This document shows positions 45,440 through 56,787 of a DNA stretch of 64,000 nucleotides, in pieces. Every line of letters begins with the position of its first letter. Within the stretch, counting starts at the first letter, position 1. Origin of the DNA: Klebsiella phage NU-KP11. The notes beneath the pieces were generated by a model that worked only from the letters and a program-made list of their open reading frames with translations, did no database searches and was not told where the DNA came from. Where the stretch lies: sequence record OR644643.1; one strand, written 5' to 3'. Position numbers and translations under genes: made by a program.

Positions 45440-45447
45440 TATTTATA
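45440..45447 (-). promoter_or_regulatory. late promoter (TATAAATA) for gene 20
   Basis: Minus strand CGCTATAAATACAGGGGTAGCAATACCCCTTATCATTATTTTTCGGAGTTGTAAATG. A hairpin lies in the 5-prime UTR. Confidence 0.6.
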
Positions 45448-45451
45448 GCGT

Positions 45452-45937
45452 TTAAACCCACCAGTCTAGCGCGAAAGTACACTCAAAAGTGCTCACTTCG
45501 TTGTTGCTATCCCAGTCTAAAGTAACCTCACCAACGTTGGTCGGGAACAGGCCATAAATGGTATGTTCGGCGGTTACTTCGTCGTTACGGTTTTTCTGTT
45601 TAACCGTAGCGGTTTTTTTGTAGTTTGCAGGGATATCCCCTGTAATGTCTTCACCCATACCATGCAGCATGTTTGACCATGCTACGATTGCATCACGGGT
45701 TGTGTGTGCATCGTCGTTATATACCGTGATTGTCCAGTCATCATAGGTACGGTCACCAGCAACGTTAATTTTGCGGTTCATGTAACCTACCGGAACTTTT
45801 TCAACGGTAGACGCTGGCATAGTAGCGGCTTTACATTTTAATTTAAAGTTTTTGCCCAGGTACGGGATCTCTACTTCGAACAGGTTCGGACGTGCGAAAT
45901 CACCGGATTCAAAGGCGCGTACAATATCAGTAAGCAT
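45452..45937 (-). CDS. 19: tail tube protein gp19
   Basis: 161 aa (T4 163). Position after 18. Confidence 0.9.
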   Translation of the reverse strand: MLTDIVRAFESGDFARPNLFEVEIPYLGKNFKLKCKAATMPASTVEKVPVGYMNRKINVAGDRTYDDWTITVYNDDAHTTRDAIVAWSNMLHGMGEDITGDIPANYKKTATVKQKNRNDEVTAEHTIYGLFPTNVGEVTLDWDSNNEVSTFECTFALDWWV

Positions 45938-45954
45938 TTTCTAACCTCTATGTG

Positions 45955-45962
45955 TATTTATA
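45955..45962 (-). promoter_or_regulatory. late promoter (TATAAATA) for gene 19, fused to the post-gene-18 hairpin
   Basis: Minus strand TAAGGGGCTGAAAAGCCCCTATAAATACACATAGAGGTTAGAAAATG. Confidence 0.6.
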
Positions 45963-45985
45963 GGGGCTTTTCAGCCCCTTACATG

Positions 45986-47977
45986 TTATACTGACGTTGA
46001 TCCAATCAACTCATCGAAATCCGCACCAGTTGAGGTTGCTACGAAGTTCAGTGTGATGTAGTTGATAGAACGTGCTGGTTTGACGTAGATTGATGCAATA
46101 AACTCATTGCGGTCAATAACATCCGGCGTGTTGTTCGTAGTGTCACAAACCACACGGTAATCGTATACACCGCCCAGAGCGCGAACGTTAGACATATACT
46201 GTCCTGCATCCATACGGAAGGAAGAACGAGTGAAATCATCGTTATTCTCAAACAGTTTATATTTTGCGTTATCGCCAATGTCTTTCTTGATCATGTTGAA
46301 CAAGCGACGAACGTTGATACGGTCAAACGGGCTTGGAACAGTCGTTGCGGTTTTATCACCGTACAGAATGTATCCAGCACCACCAGAGAAACCAGTAACC
46401 GCGTTAATCTGTACCTGGTACATAGAATCGCGATGCGCGTTAGTCGGTTCGATAGCCAGTTTGATGCAGTTACGCAGTTGACCACGGTTGTAGCCAGCCG
46501 GAGACATCCACGGTTGCGATACCTGATCGGTATAAACACAGAGGCCAGCCATATCACCCGCGAGCGGGATCCAACGGTTAACATCGTTGTATTTATCATA
46601 CTGGAACTTATAGTTACCGTCGATGAACGCATAACTTGAACTTACGTTCATGTTGTTATCAACTGGGGTAGTATTACCGATTTTGTAGCCTGTACGCCAT
46701 TCTACGAGGTTATCAACGGCCTGAGCCAGTGGGATATTAACCAGAGCAGAACGCGGCGGAGAAACGAATACAACGCAATCTGAACGGGTTTCACCGATAG
46801 ACACAGCGTGTTTCTGTACAGTAGACGAAATTTCGGCAGTTTCGCCAGCACAAGCACCCGCAATCAGCAGAGGAACATGCAGAGATTCACGATCTGCGAA
46901 CATATCCCAACCAGCCATGAGTTCATCAGCGCCTACAGTGGAGTTTGCAGAAGTACCGCCGCCCAGTTCCAGAACGCCGGAGAATCCGACAGGCCAGTTT
47001 AGGGACGTACCATACAGATACTGCGAACCACCGTTTGCAAAGAAATCATCCATGTAGATCGTTGAACCGTAGATATCTTTATCACCCTTAGCGGTTGACA
47101 CGATAAACGTTTCTTGGATAATACCACCACGGCGAACGATAAACGCGTATTGGTTATCATTCTGAGGGCCAAAGTTCATCGAACTGCGACCGCTGTTTTT
47201 ACCAGACTTACCAGAAGGATAAGACTTAATGACAGCCGAAGAATCGTATGCAGCTTTAGACAGAATTTCAACCGTTACGGTGCTACCCATTTCGCCAGGA
47301 TAAATTGCAATAACAGACGGTAGCTGGTATTTGGTGCAAAGTTCCTGGAAAGCAGTTGCCTGAATAGTTTCTTTTGCGGTGTCAAGGTTGAGCAGAGTAA
47401 TACCCGGATCAACTTCTACGCCGTCGATTGTAATCGTAGCAGAAACACCAGAAGAACTGGAAACGATTTCTGTAGTCCAGCCACTAGATAGATCCGGATA
47501 TACACCAACCTGTTTAGCATGTGCGATGATCTTAGTGCTCGGAATGAACACAGACAGGATTTTACCCTGATCATCAACGCTGGTAACAACACCATCTTCT
47601 TCAATAACAACGTTATTGTGTTTAACTTTGATCTGATCGTCTACTGCATAGTTAGAACCAGCAGCGGTGATCGTGGTTTTGATCTGATTATAGATCGCGG
47701 TTGCGTTTTTTGCGGCTTCTTTATCGACGACACGAACAACACGCAGATCCTGACCGAACTGTAAAAAGTTTACAGCGTTCATGAAATAATCAGCGGTGTC
47801 ATTGTCTGGGGAGCCAAAATAGTTTACCAGTTCGACTTCGTTAGAAATCTGACGGATCTGGTAAGCTGGCCCCCATGAAAATTTACCAACAATAGCAGCA
47901 CGACCAGTTGAATTTCGAACAACGGTAGATTGTACCGATGTTTCTTTAGTTTCAATGCCTGGAGAGATTAAAGCCAT
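45986..47977 (-). CDS. 18: tail sheath protein gp18 (start at MALISPGIE)
   Basis: Colinear with T4 gp18 from its N-terminus MTLLSPGIELKETTVQST to C-terminus RSINYITLNFVATSTGADFDEL. Track ORF begins 69 nt upstream of the homologous ATG. AGGAAA RBS. A TATAAATT late-promoter-like box lies at about 47993-48000. Confidence 0.93.
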   Translation of the reverse strand: MALISPGIETKETSVQSTVVRNSTGRAAIVGKFSWGPAYQIRQISNEVELVNYFGSPDNDTADYFMNAVNFLQFGQDLRVVRVVDKEAAKNATAIYNQIKTTITAAGSNYAVDDQIKVKHNNVVIEEDGVVTSVDDQGKILSVFIPSTKIIAHAKQVGVYPDLSSGWTTEIVSSSSGVSATITIDGVEVDPGITLLNLDTAKETIQATAFQELCTKYQLPSVIAIYPGEMGSTVTVEILSKAAYDSSAVIKSYPSGKSGKNSGRSSMNFGPQNDNQYAFIVRRGGIIQETFIVSTAKGDKDIYGSTIYMDDFFANGGSQYLYGTSLNWPVGFSGVLELGGGTSANSTVGADELMAGWDMFADRESLHVPLLIAGACAGETAEISSTVQKHAVSIGETRSDCVVFVSPPRSALVNIPLAQAVDNLVEWRTGYKIGNTTPVDNNMNVSSSYAFIDGNYKFQYDKYNDVNRWIPLAGDMAGLCVYTDQVSQPWMSPAGYNRGQLRNCIKLAIEPTNAHRDSMYQVQINAVTGFSGGAGYILYGDKTATTVPSPFDRINVRRLFNMIKKDIGDNAKYKLFENNDDFTRSSFRMDAGQYMSNVRALGGVYDYRVVCDTTNNTPDVIDRNEFIASIYVKPARSINYITLNFVATSTGADFDELIGSTSV

Positions 47978-47996
47978 TATTAAGTTTCCTCTAAAT

Positions 47997-50333
<2,337 letters not shown>

Positions 50334-50334
<1 letters not shown>

Positions 50335-51158
50335 TATTGGCCCCTCGGTTTAGGAGGTTGATCGCCGCTAGGAATTGGGATATCATTAGCATACGTTTTA
50401 ATGTATTCTTCTCCCGTGTAATCCTGTATAGGCATATCAACCGGATCCACCTGAGCATCAACGGATTCAAAATTGTCTTTGTCCAACGGGTTCATATTGG
50501 AAAAGAAATCCGTGTATACTGTTCTGATCTCGCCTTTAATCTCGTTAACAGGCGGATACAGGTAGCCCTGTAATTCAAACATTAAAGACCATTCAATGTG
50601 TCGCCGTGTCGTTGCATCGCCTTCAAACGATGTATCAGGGGAAACAGATTGCAGAGATATTTTAATATCTCGGTCTATTTTAATGTCGTTTTTATGTAAT
50701 TCTGTAATACGACAGTTGAAATGCGGCTGGAAGTATGGCAGTATTTGTTCGATAATCTGAAACACATCATCTTCGTAACGGGTATACACTCCCAGTTCGA
50801 ACATGAGACGATACGGAGCAGGGTTAAACTGCGTTACTGTTTTTCCAGGTGCGCGTAACTGCGTCATTTTTTGGTTTACCGCGATCCCCGTTTTACGAAT
50901 TGCGTTATACTGCAAATCAACGAGGGATAGATTCATACGTGGTAAAATTGTTTCCGTTTTAGCAACATTTTCCTGACTGTATGCATAGTTCAGCTTGTTC
51001 ATGGATGCCAGGAATTTTTCTTTTGATGCGTAGGTAATCGGAACCTTGATAAATTTTTCTTGTTCGCCGCGAACGCGTTTAACTTGCACGTGATTGAAAA
51101 GACAACCCATCAAGACAATATAATTTCGCAGCGAACTATTATACCAGTAGCCAAACAT
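50334..51158 (-). CDS. 15: tail sheath stabiliser / completion protein gp15
   Basis: MFGYWYNSSLRNY..LMG.LF...Q.KR......KFI.VPITYASKE.F and IVEQILPYFQPHFN match T4 gp15. Confidence 0.85.
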
Positions 51159-51237
51159 TTTCTTTTTCCTGTATGGGTTAAAGCGGGTATAAGATTTCTC
51201 CTATACCCTACATGTATAGGGTTTCCCCTGGTTATAT

Positions 51238-51984
51238 TTATGGGAACTGTGCGAACGGTGATCCGCGCCCGTTAACAACATCAAACGATTCAATGAATTC
51301 ATCACCTTCATCTTCAAAGGCTTGATCTTCTTCGTATTGTTCAATATTGGTATCCGCCAACCCATCAAGATTTCGAATAGGTTCGAGATCCAAATCAGCA
51401 TCGGGAGCAAGGTTAATCCCTTCATTTCGTTGCAGTTTAGGATCCAATTCTTCGCCAGTATAGATAAATTTAACGAGGTTGATTTTACGTTGAGGACGAT
51501 CGCCGAACTGGAAGAACGGGTCAAACTCAATCCATGTAATTTCAAACAGGCTGTTATCCATAGGGAAATAAATCAAATCTCCCAGAACAGGGATCCCGCC
51601 ATCAGTTTGATGTGCAAATAAACGAGGATTGATCACAAGTGTCATTTCATCGTTTGACATCATACCGAATTTGCTGTAAAAGTCTCTCTGTCCTTCGTAG
51701 TTTGCATACGAATCGATGTATGCTGCAATTTTCCACGATTTTGTAAACTTTGATTCACGGTCTTCACCCAAAATTTTATCAATATTAACAAATTCTCGAC
51801 GGACGTAATACATATCCGGAGATTTCATTTGAATTGCTTCGGCTGTTAGTGAATCATGTAACTGTTGAGTAGGGTTATACTTGTACCAGTTAACATACGG
51901 GTTTGTTACTTCTTGTCTTAGGTTCCGATCGACGCCGGAACCATCTTCTAACTGTGCAAACAGACTTTCATCCCAATTTTGCAT
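51238..51984 (-). CDS. 14: neck protein gp14
   Basis: 248 aa (T4 256). Position between 13 and 15. Confidence 0.8.
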   Translation of the reverse strand: MQNWDESLFAQLEDGSGVDRNLRQEVTNPYVNWYKYNPTQQLHDSLTAEAIQMKSPDMYYVRREFVNIDKILGEDRESKFTKSWKIAAYIDSYANYEGQRDFYSKFGMMSNDEMTLVINPRLFAHQTDGGIPVLGDLIYFPMDNSLFEITWIEFDPFFQFGDRPQRKINLVKFIYTGEELDPKLQRNEGINLAPDADLDLEPIRNLDGLADTNIEQYEEDQAFEDEGDEFIESFDVVNGRGSPFAQFP

Positions 51985-51993
51985 TTTTCCTCC

Positions 51994-52932
51994 TTACATC
52001 ATCAACACTGGAAGTGCATCAGACAGTAATAGAAGTTCTTGACGGAGGTTTTCTTTTTCTTGCATAGCTTCCTGTATCAGTCGGGTTCCATCCGGAGCAA
52101 CACCGCCAGGCAATTGCATACCCTGAAACTTAGCCAGCACCTGACCGTTTACCTCTTTAACAAGAGCAGTTGCGTAATCTTTCACCCAACGGTTGTTATA
52201 CGCAGAGGATGAACCCTGAACGCTTGTACCTTGACCAGCCTTCACACCGCCTGAGACGGCTTTGTAGGGGTTATTGTATATATCTGCTATAGTTGGCTTA
52301 TCTTCACCATCAGAACCCGCTGTAGCGTATCCAGCGACGTTACCGACCATACTGGGTACATCAACAAAGGATCTGATCATTGCTTCGATAACAACAATAT
52401 CACCATCTTTAACAGTTCCGTATACTGCAAACTGTCCTGTGTCGTCGTTATACCAGTAATCCGGAAGCGGAGACAGGAGATCTTGCATTGACCGCTGATA
52501 GCTCATCATCTGGGTAAAATAGCCCATATCCGCGCCGTATGCGTTCATTCCGTAGGTACGTGATGCACAACCACCACCGCCCAGAGAACCACCAGTAAGG
52601 CCCATCAGGAAATCAGTAAACCACGGATAAACCGCAGTACCATCCATCGATACAAGGGAACCCATGTTAGTACGCAACACTTTAGTAATTGCGAAAATGT
52701 GTTCTTTACTCAGATCGAAAATATTTTTCGGGTTATCCGGCCCCAGGGTAAGAATGATATACCCTTTGTTAGATCCATTGTAATGATATTCTGCATATAG
52801 GTCTAATGCTCGTTGAATGCAGTCATAAACCTGATCTGTTGTCACTTCGATTTTGACGATCGGAGCACCTAAGCGGCGCAGAATTTCATCTTTTAATTGT
52901 GCTGGGTTGTTCGTAATCATAAAGATCCTCAA
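51994..52932 (-). CDS. 13: neck protein gp13
   Basis: 312 aa (T4 309). Position. Confidence 0.8.
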   Translation of the reverse strand: MRIFMITNNPAQLKDEILRRLGAPIVKIEVTTDQVYDCIQRALDLYAEYHYNGSNKGYIILTLGPDNPKNIFDLSKEHIFAITKVLRTNMGSLVSMDGTAVYPWFTDFLMGLTGGSLGGGGCASRTYGMNAYGADMGYFTQMMSYQRSMQDLLSPLPDYWYNDDTGQFAVYGTVKDGDIVVIEAMIRSFVDVPSMVGNVAGYATAGSDGEDKPTIADIYNNPYKAVSGGVKAGQGTSVQGSSSAYNNRWVKDYATALVKEVNGQVLAKFQGMQLPGGVAPDGTRLIQEAMQEKENLRQELLLLSDALPVLMM

Positions 52933-52939
52933 AAGGGGC

Positions 52940-52959
52940 CGAAGCCCCTTGTTAATCGT
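52940..52959 (-). terminator. hairpin AAGGGGCTTCGGCCCCTTTT between wac and gene 13 (identical to the element after gene 37)
   Basis: Same 18-mer AAGGGGCCGAAGCCCCTT on the plus strand as at 3799-3816. GAGGA RBS of gene 13 follows. Confidence 0.4.
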
Positions 52960-54710
52960 TAAGCGACAGTGATCGCCAGTTCATCAGAAACGATGACTTT
53001 ATGGCTTGCATCAGTTACCGTTACTTTGTAGGTTCCGGAATCAGAAGGCTGTAGCGAATCAATGGTAAATGTGTTAGCATTAGTACCAACATTTACGCCG
53101 TTCTTCGTCCACTGATAAGACAGCGGAGAAACACCACCAGTCATAGTTACGCTTAGAGACAATGGATCGCCAGTAGTGTATTCAGTATCACCAGTTAGGT
53201 TAGTACCGAATGACAGAGGCGGGTTTTTGCTCTCATAACGGAGATCAGCGTCAGCTTCTTTGATGTACAGAGCCAGTTTAGCATTCAGATCTTCGATAGT
53301 TACTCGATCTGCAAGTGCTTGTGCAATGTTCAACGCTTCTAAATCCTCAACACGTTTATTAAGGTCGGCAATCAGTGCATAAATGCCCGTTTCGTTACCT
53401 TCTGCGTTATCCCCTACCTGAGTGAACAGGTTGCGGGTTGTCGTTTTCAACCCAGCGCGAGTAACAGGATCGGCACTAACACCATCACCATAGATTTCTT
53501 TGTTAATCTGCTGGCTAGTTGCAACGAGGCCACTAGAAGAGTTACCTACAACGCCTTGCAGTTCCCAGAGTGCGCTAGTGTTGGTGCGTAATTCACCCTC
53601 AACAACACTCAAACGGCCTTTGATGCTGGTAGGATCTGAATCTTCGCCAATGTCACCAGTTAAGATCGCAACTTGTCCCTGCAATCCTTCATCACCGGAT
53701 TCGCCTAGAATCATTTCCATATCCATCAATCTGCGTTTGTTTTCCGCAATATCATAACGGATACTACCCTGAACAGAAACCGTACCAATTTGACCGTTAA
53801 TGGTTGCAATTTGTGCAGTGATACCAGTTACCGGATCGTTGATTTGTGTAGCCAGAGAACTAACGGAGTTTTCCAGACTGTTCACACGATCGTTAATGGA
53901 ACTGGTTGAACCTGACGTGCGACCTATATAACTATTAATCGCATCAAGTTCATTTTGCATTACAATAGAACCATCCTCAAGGATCTTGATTCGCGCATAG
54001 ATTGATCGGGTTGTGGCAAGACCAGAATCACCCATTTCAGCACGAAGTTCTTTTACCTCTTCTGTCAGTTGTCCTACTTCGGAAAGCGCCCAATCATCTT
54101 CCAGTTTGGTTATGCGAGTTTCCTGCATAGAAATAGCACGTTGGTTACTCAGTACGCGGTATTTAAGGCCAGTACCAGTAGAAGAGGGGTCAACATCACC
54201 ATCAACGTTAAATCCAGGATATGAACCAACTTCTTTCTTAATGTAAATGATATCATTACGAATTGTGCGGTGTTTAGGATCCTTTTCTGGATCGTATTCA
54301 CCAATTTCATCGTTTTGAGCATTTACAGAAAGGGTTAACTGTGCTACCTTGTTCTGTGTTTGGGTGTTAGATAAAGTTAATGCCTGAACATCCTGATCCA
54401 ACTGGTTAACTTTTTTGATTACGCTTTCATCACCAATAGCATCAATGTTTTCAGTAATCAAGTTAACCTGATCGATTACTTCGTTGATTTTATCATTATG
54501 GGTGATGGTATTTTGTTCTAACTGAACCGCGTTCTGCTGGATGCTTACACCAGTTCGGTTAAGACTGCCAGTGTTTGACATTTTATCTGGCGAACCGTCC
54601 AGAGTTTCACCGTTTTTGATCCAAATAATCTTCGTTTGAGTCGTGGCGTCATCTGGGACGCCATCAACAAACGGGATCTTCGGCAACGGGTTTAATTTGT
54701 CGATGATCAT
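52959..54710 (-). CDS. wac: fibritin (wac) with a C-terminal Ig-like domain in place of the T4 foldon
   Basis: N-terminus LPKIPFVDGVPDD...IIWIKNGE and TIRNDIIYIKKEVGSY match T4 Wac. Long heptad-repeat coiled coil. Last ~85 aa (GGVSPLSYQWTKNG...GTYKVTVTD) resemble the Hoc Ig repeats. No [27 protein letters not shown]-like foldon. Confidence 0.85.
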   Translation of the reverse strand: MIIDKLNPLPKIPFVDGVPDDATTQTKIIWIKNGETLDGSPDKMSNTGSLNRTGVSIQQNAVQLEQNTITHNDKINEVIDQVNLITENIDAIGDESVIKKVNQLDQDVQALTLSNTQTQNKVAQLTLSVNAQNDEIGEYDPEKDPKHRTIRNDIIYIKKEVGSYPGFNVDGDVDPSSTGTGLKYRVLSNQRAISMQETRITKLEDDWALSEVGQLTEEVKELRAEMGDSGLATTRSIYARIKILEDGSIVMQNELDAINSYIGRTSGSTSSINDRVNSLENSVSSLATQINDPVTGITAQIATINGQIGTVSVQGSIRYDIAENKRRLMDMEMILGESGDEGLQGQVAILTGDIGEDSDPTSIKGRLSVVEGELRTNTSALWELQGVVGNSSSGLVATSQQINKEIYGDGVSADPVTRAGLKTTTRNLFTQVGDNAEGNETGIYALIADLNKRVEDLEALNIAQALADRVTIEDLNAKLALYIKEADADLRYESKNPPLSFGTNLTGDTEYTTGDPLSLSVTMTGGVSPLSYQWTKNGVNVGTNANTFTIDSLQPSDSGTYKVTVTDASHKVIVSDELAITVA

Positions 54711-54723
54711 TTAATAACCTCTG

Positions 54724-56109
54724 TTATAATACGCGAATTACGTAGTTTAATGCGATGTTTTTCATGCGGGTTTCTTCTCCGCCCACACCAGTAGCTTTAG
54801 TTATGGAAGAATCAAACACGCGAGCACTCTGATCGTTTTTCTCGGCGCTTTTAAGTTCATAAACTGCTTGCCATTTCGGAATATTACCGCCGTTCTGGTA
54901 GATAAGCTGTAATGGGTGTTCGTGCCAGCCCAACATATCGCCTTCATATGTACCATACCCACGATTAGGGTTTAATCCGCGTCCACGGTCATGACCACGT
55001 ACTGCAACGCCTCGACAATCTGGAAGGTTAAACCAATCACCGCCACCACCAAATGTATAACCTATACGCTCAAAAAGTAACGGATAGTTATTTTTATTCA
55101 GTGAGCGACCATCACAAATATACAAACTACCGTGGTCAGTCTGAAACCCAGTCATGACAATAGCACCTACTGGGAAATGCCAATCAAGATCTGTCCACGT
55201 CTGATATTTGTTGTTATATATTGCGCTATTCTCATAAAGAGAACCGTTAATTACCGCATTTCGATCACTAGGTAATACCGCAGCGTTTGAAGAAAGTGCA
55301 GTGTTTGCCACATAACCAACAGTTGTTGCTAATTTGACAACACCGAACTGAGATCCAGTTGCACGGGTATTGATTAATTTTTTCGCAGTAATCGCTTTGG
55401 TGTCATCAGTACCCGCGTTTGCTTCTGCCTGTGATGCGATACGAATAACGCCCAGGTTGCTTTCAGTTGCAGTTAAACGAATAAACGTATAAGGTGAAAT
55501 TGCATACCCTTCACGGATCGTACCAGCCTGAACCTGTGCAACTGTTGCCAGTTGTACCAAACCTTGCGAGCTTTCGGTCGCACTTGACTGAACAGGAACC
55601 AGAGACGCGATCGCTTGCTTGACTTTAAGCGGAGTCATAGTTACAGTGTTATCTGTACCAGCAACCGCCTGTGCAGTGGTAGCAATTTTAGAAGAACCCC
55701 AAACCGATTCTGTACCTTTACGGTTATTGAACACATAGTTCAGAGATCGCGGAGTAATAGACGATGCATCGTTAGTTACGGTTGTAGATTCCGCATCAGT
55801 CGAATACTTCGTATAACCCCATACGGTTTGTGATGCTTTAGGGTTCTGCATACGATATGCTAACAGTTTCGGAGTAACAATCTTAGTGTTATCCGTGCCA
55901 GCGTCAATATCAGCTTCGGTTGCGATCTGAGCAATACCACGAACAGAAGTTGTTGCGATAGGAAGCCCAGTATCAGTACGCGCCCAACTACCTATTTTTT
56001 CCAACGCATCTTGTACGTTGGTTATGGTATCAGGCCAATCAGTACCTGTTGGGTCAAATGTCACGTAAATGGATTTATCACTTACGTGGTTGATTGTATT
56101 GTTACTCAT
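54724..56109 (-). CDS. 12: short tail fibre gp12
   Basis: MSNNTINHVSDKSIYVTFDPTGTDWPDTITNVQ matches the T4 gp12 N-terminus. C-terminal TRMKNIALNYVIRV vs T4 TRPWNISLNYIIKV. Confidence 0.85.
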   Translation of the reverse strand: MSNNTINHVSDKSIYVTFDPTGTDWPDTITNVQDALEKIGSWARTDTGLPIATTSVRGIAQIATEADIDAGTDNTKIVTPKLLAYRMQNPKASQTVWGYTKYSTDAESTTVTNDASSITPRSLNYVFNNRKGTESVWGSSKIATTAQAVAGTDNTVTMTPLKVKQAIASLVPVQSSATESSQGLVQLATVAQVQAGTIREGYAISPYTFIRLTATESNLGVIRIASQAEANAGTDDTKAITAKKLINTRATGSQFGVVKLATTVGYVANTALSSNAAVLPSDRNAVINGSLYENSAIYNNKYQTWTDLDWHFPVGAIVMTGFQTDHGSLYICDGRSLNKNNYPLLFERIGYTFGGGGDWFNLPDCRGVAVRGHDRGRGLNPNRGYGTYEGDMLGWHEHPLQLIYQNGGNIPKWQAVYELKSAEKNDQSARVFDSSITKATGVGGEETRMKNIALNYVIRVL

Positions 56110-56118
56110 GTGTTATCC

Positions 56119-56787
56119 TTATGCAATTCGTTTGAAGTAATACACGGTTACTTGCGGAGTAACATCAGGTAAGAAACCAGAACCCAACTTAACCCATGAA
56201 CCATAGCCACTTTTTGCGGCTACGTCGATAGTTCCGATTTGACGAATACCATTTTCTGAGATATTTGTTGCCGGGTGCGGAACACTATCAATAAATCGAC
56301 ATTCAAGGATCGTACCATCAACACCTTTGCGGTTAACTTCTGCGAAATATTTTTCCGCTGCAACGAATTCAGTAAATTTGTTGTATGCCGTTTCACAAAC
56401 TGTTGCGGCGTTAGTCCCATTATCAAAGATGAAAGGAAAGCCGTACACGTGAACTACAGCCTGTTCTTGGTCTGAATCGATGTTCTGTACAATACCATCA
56501 AAAGAAACGCTCTCAACCTGCTGTACAGCGATTGGAGGGGCATCCTCAGTCATGGTAACAACGCCGTTAATCGGGATTTGCTCGATAAGCGTATACAGGT
56601 CATCAATTGCGGATTGTACGTTTCCATACAGAACACCGCGTTTTGTTTGGTCAATGTTTGGTTCGCCGATCGAACGTTTACCGCCGATCAGAGGCAACTT
56701 ACCATAAGTATCATACTGTAAGTAATCTGCTTCTTTAGAGAGGACGCGAGCGCCCTCCCTTGTTTTTGAAATATTGTTGTAAGCCAT
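56119..56787 (-). CDS. 11: baseplate wedge protein gp11
   Basis: 222 aa (T4 219). C-terminal SGYGSWVKLG...TVYYFKRIA vs T4 PGYGTWNLLG...TVFYHFERTA. Confidence 0.8.
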   Translation of the reverse strand: MAYNNISKTREGARVLSKEADYLQYDTYGKLPLIGGKRSIGEPNIDQTKRGVLYGNVQSAIDDLYTLIEQIPINGVVTMTEDAPPIAVQQVESVSFDGIVQNIDSDQEQAVVHVYGFPFIFDNGTNAATVCETAYNKFTEFVAAEKYFAEVNRKGVDGTILECRFIDSVPHPATNISENGIRQIGTIDVAAKSGYGSWVKLGSGFLPDVTPQVTVYYFKRIA

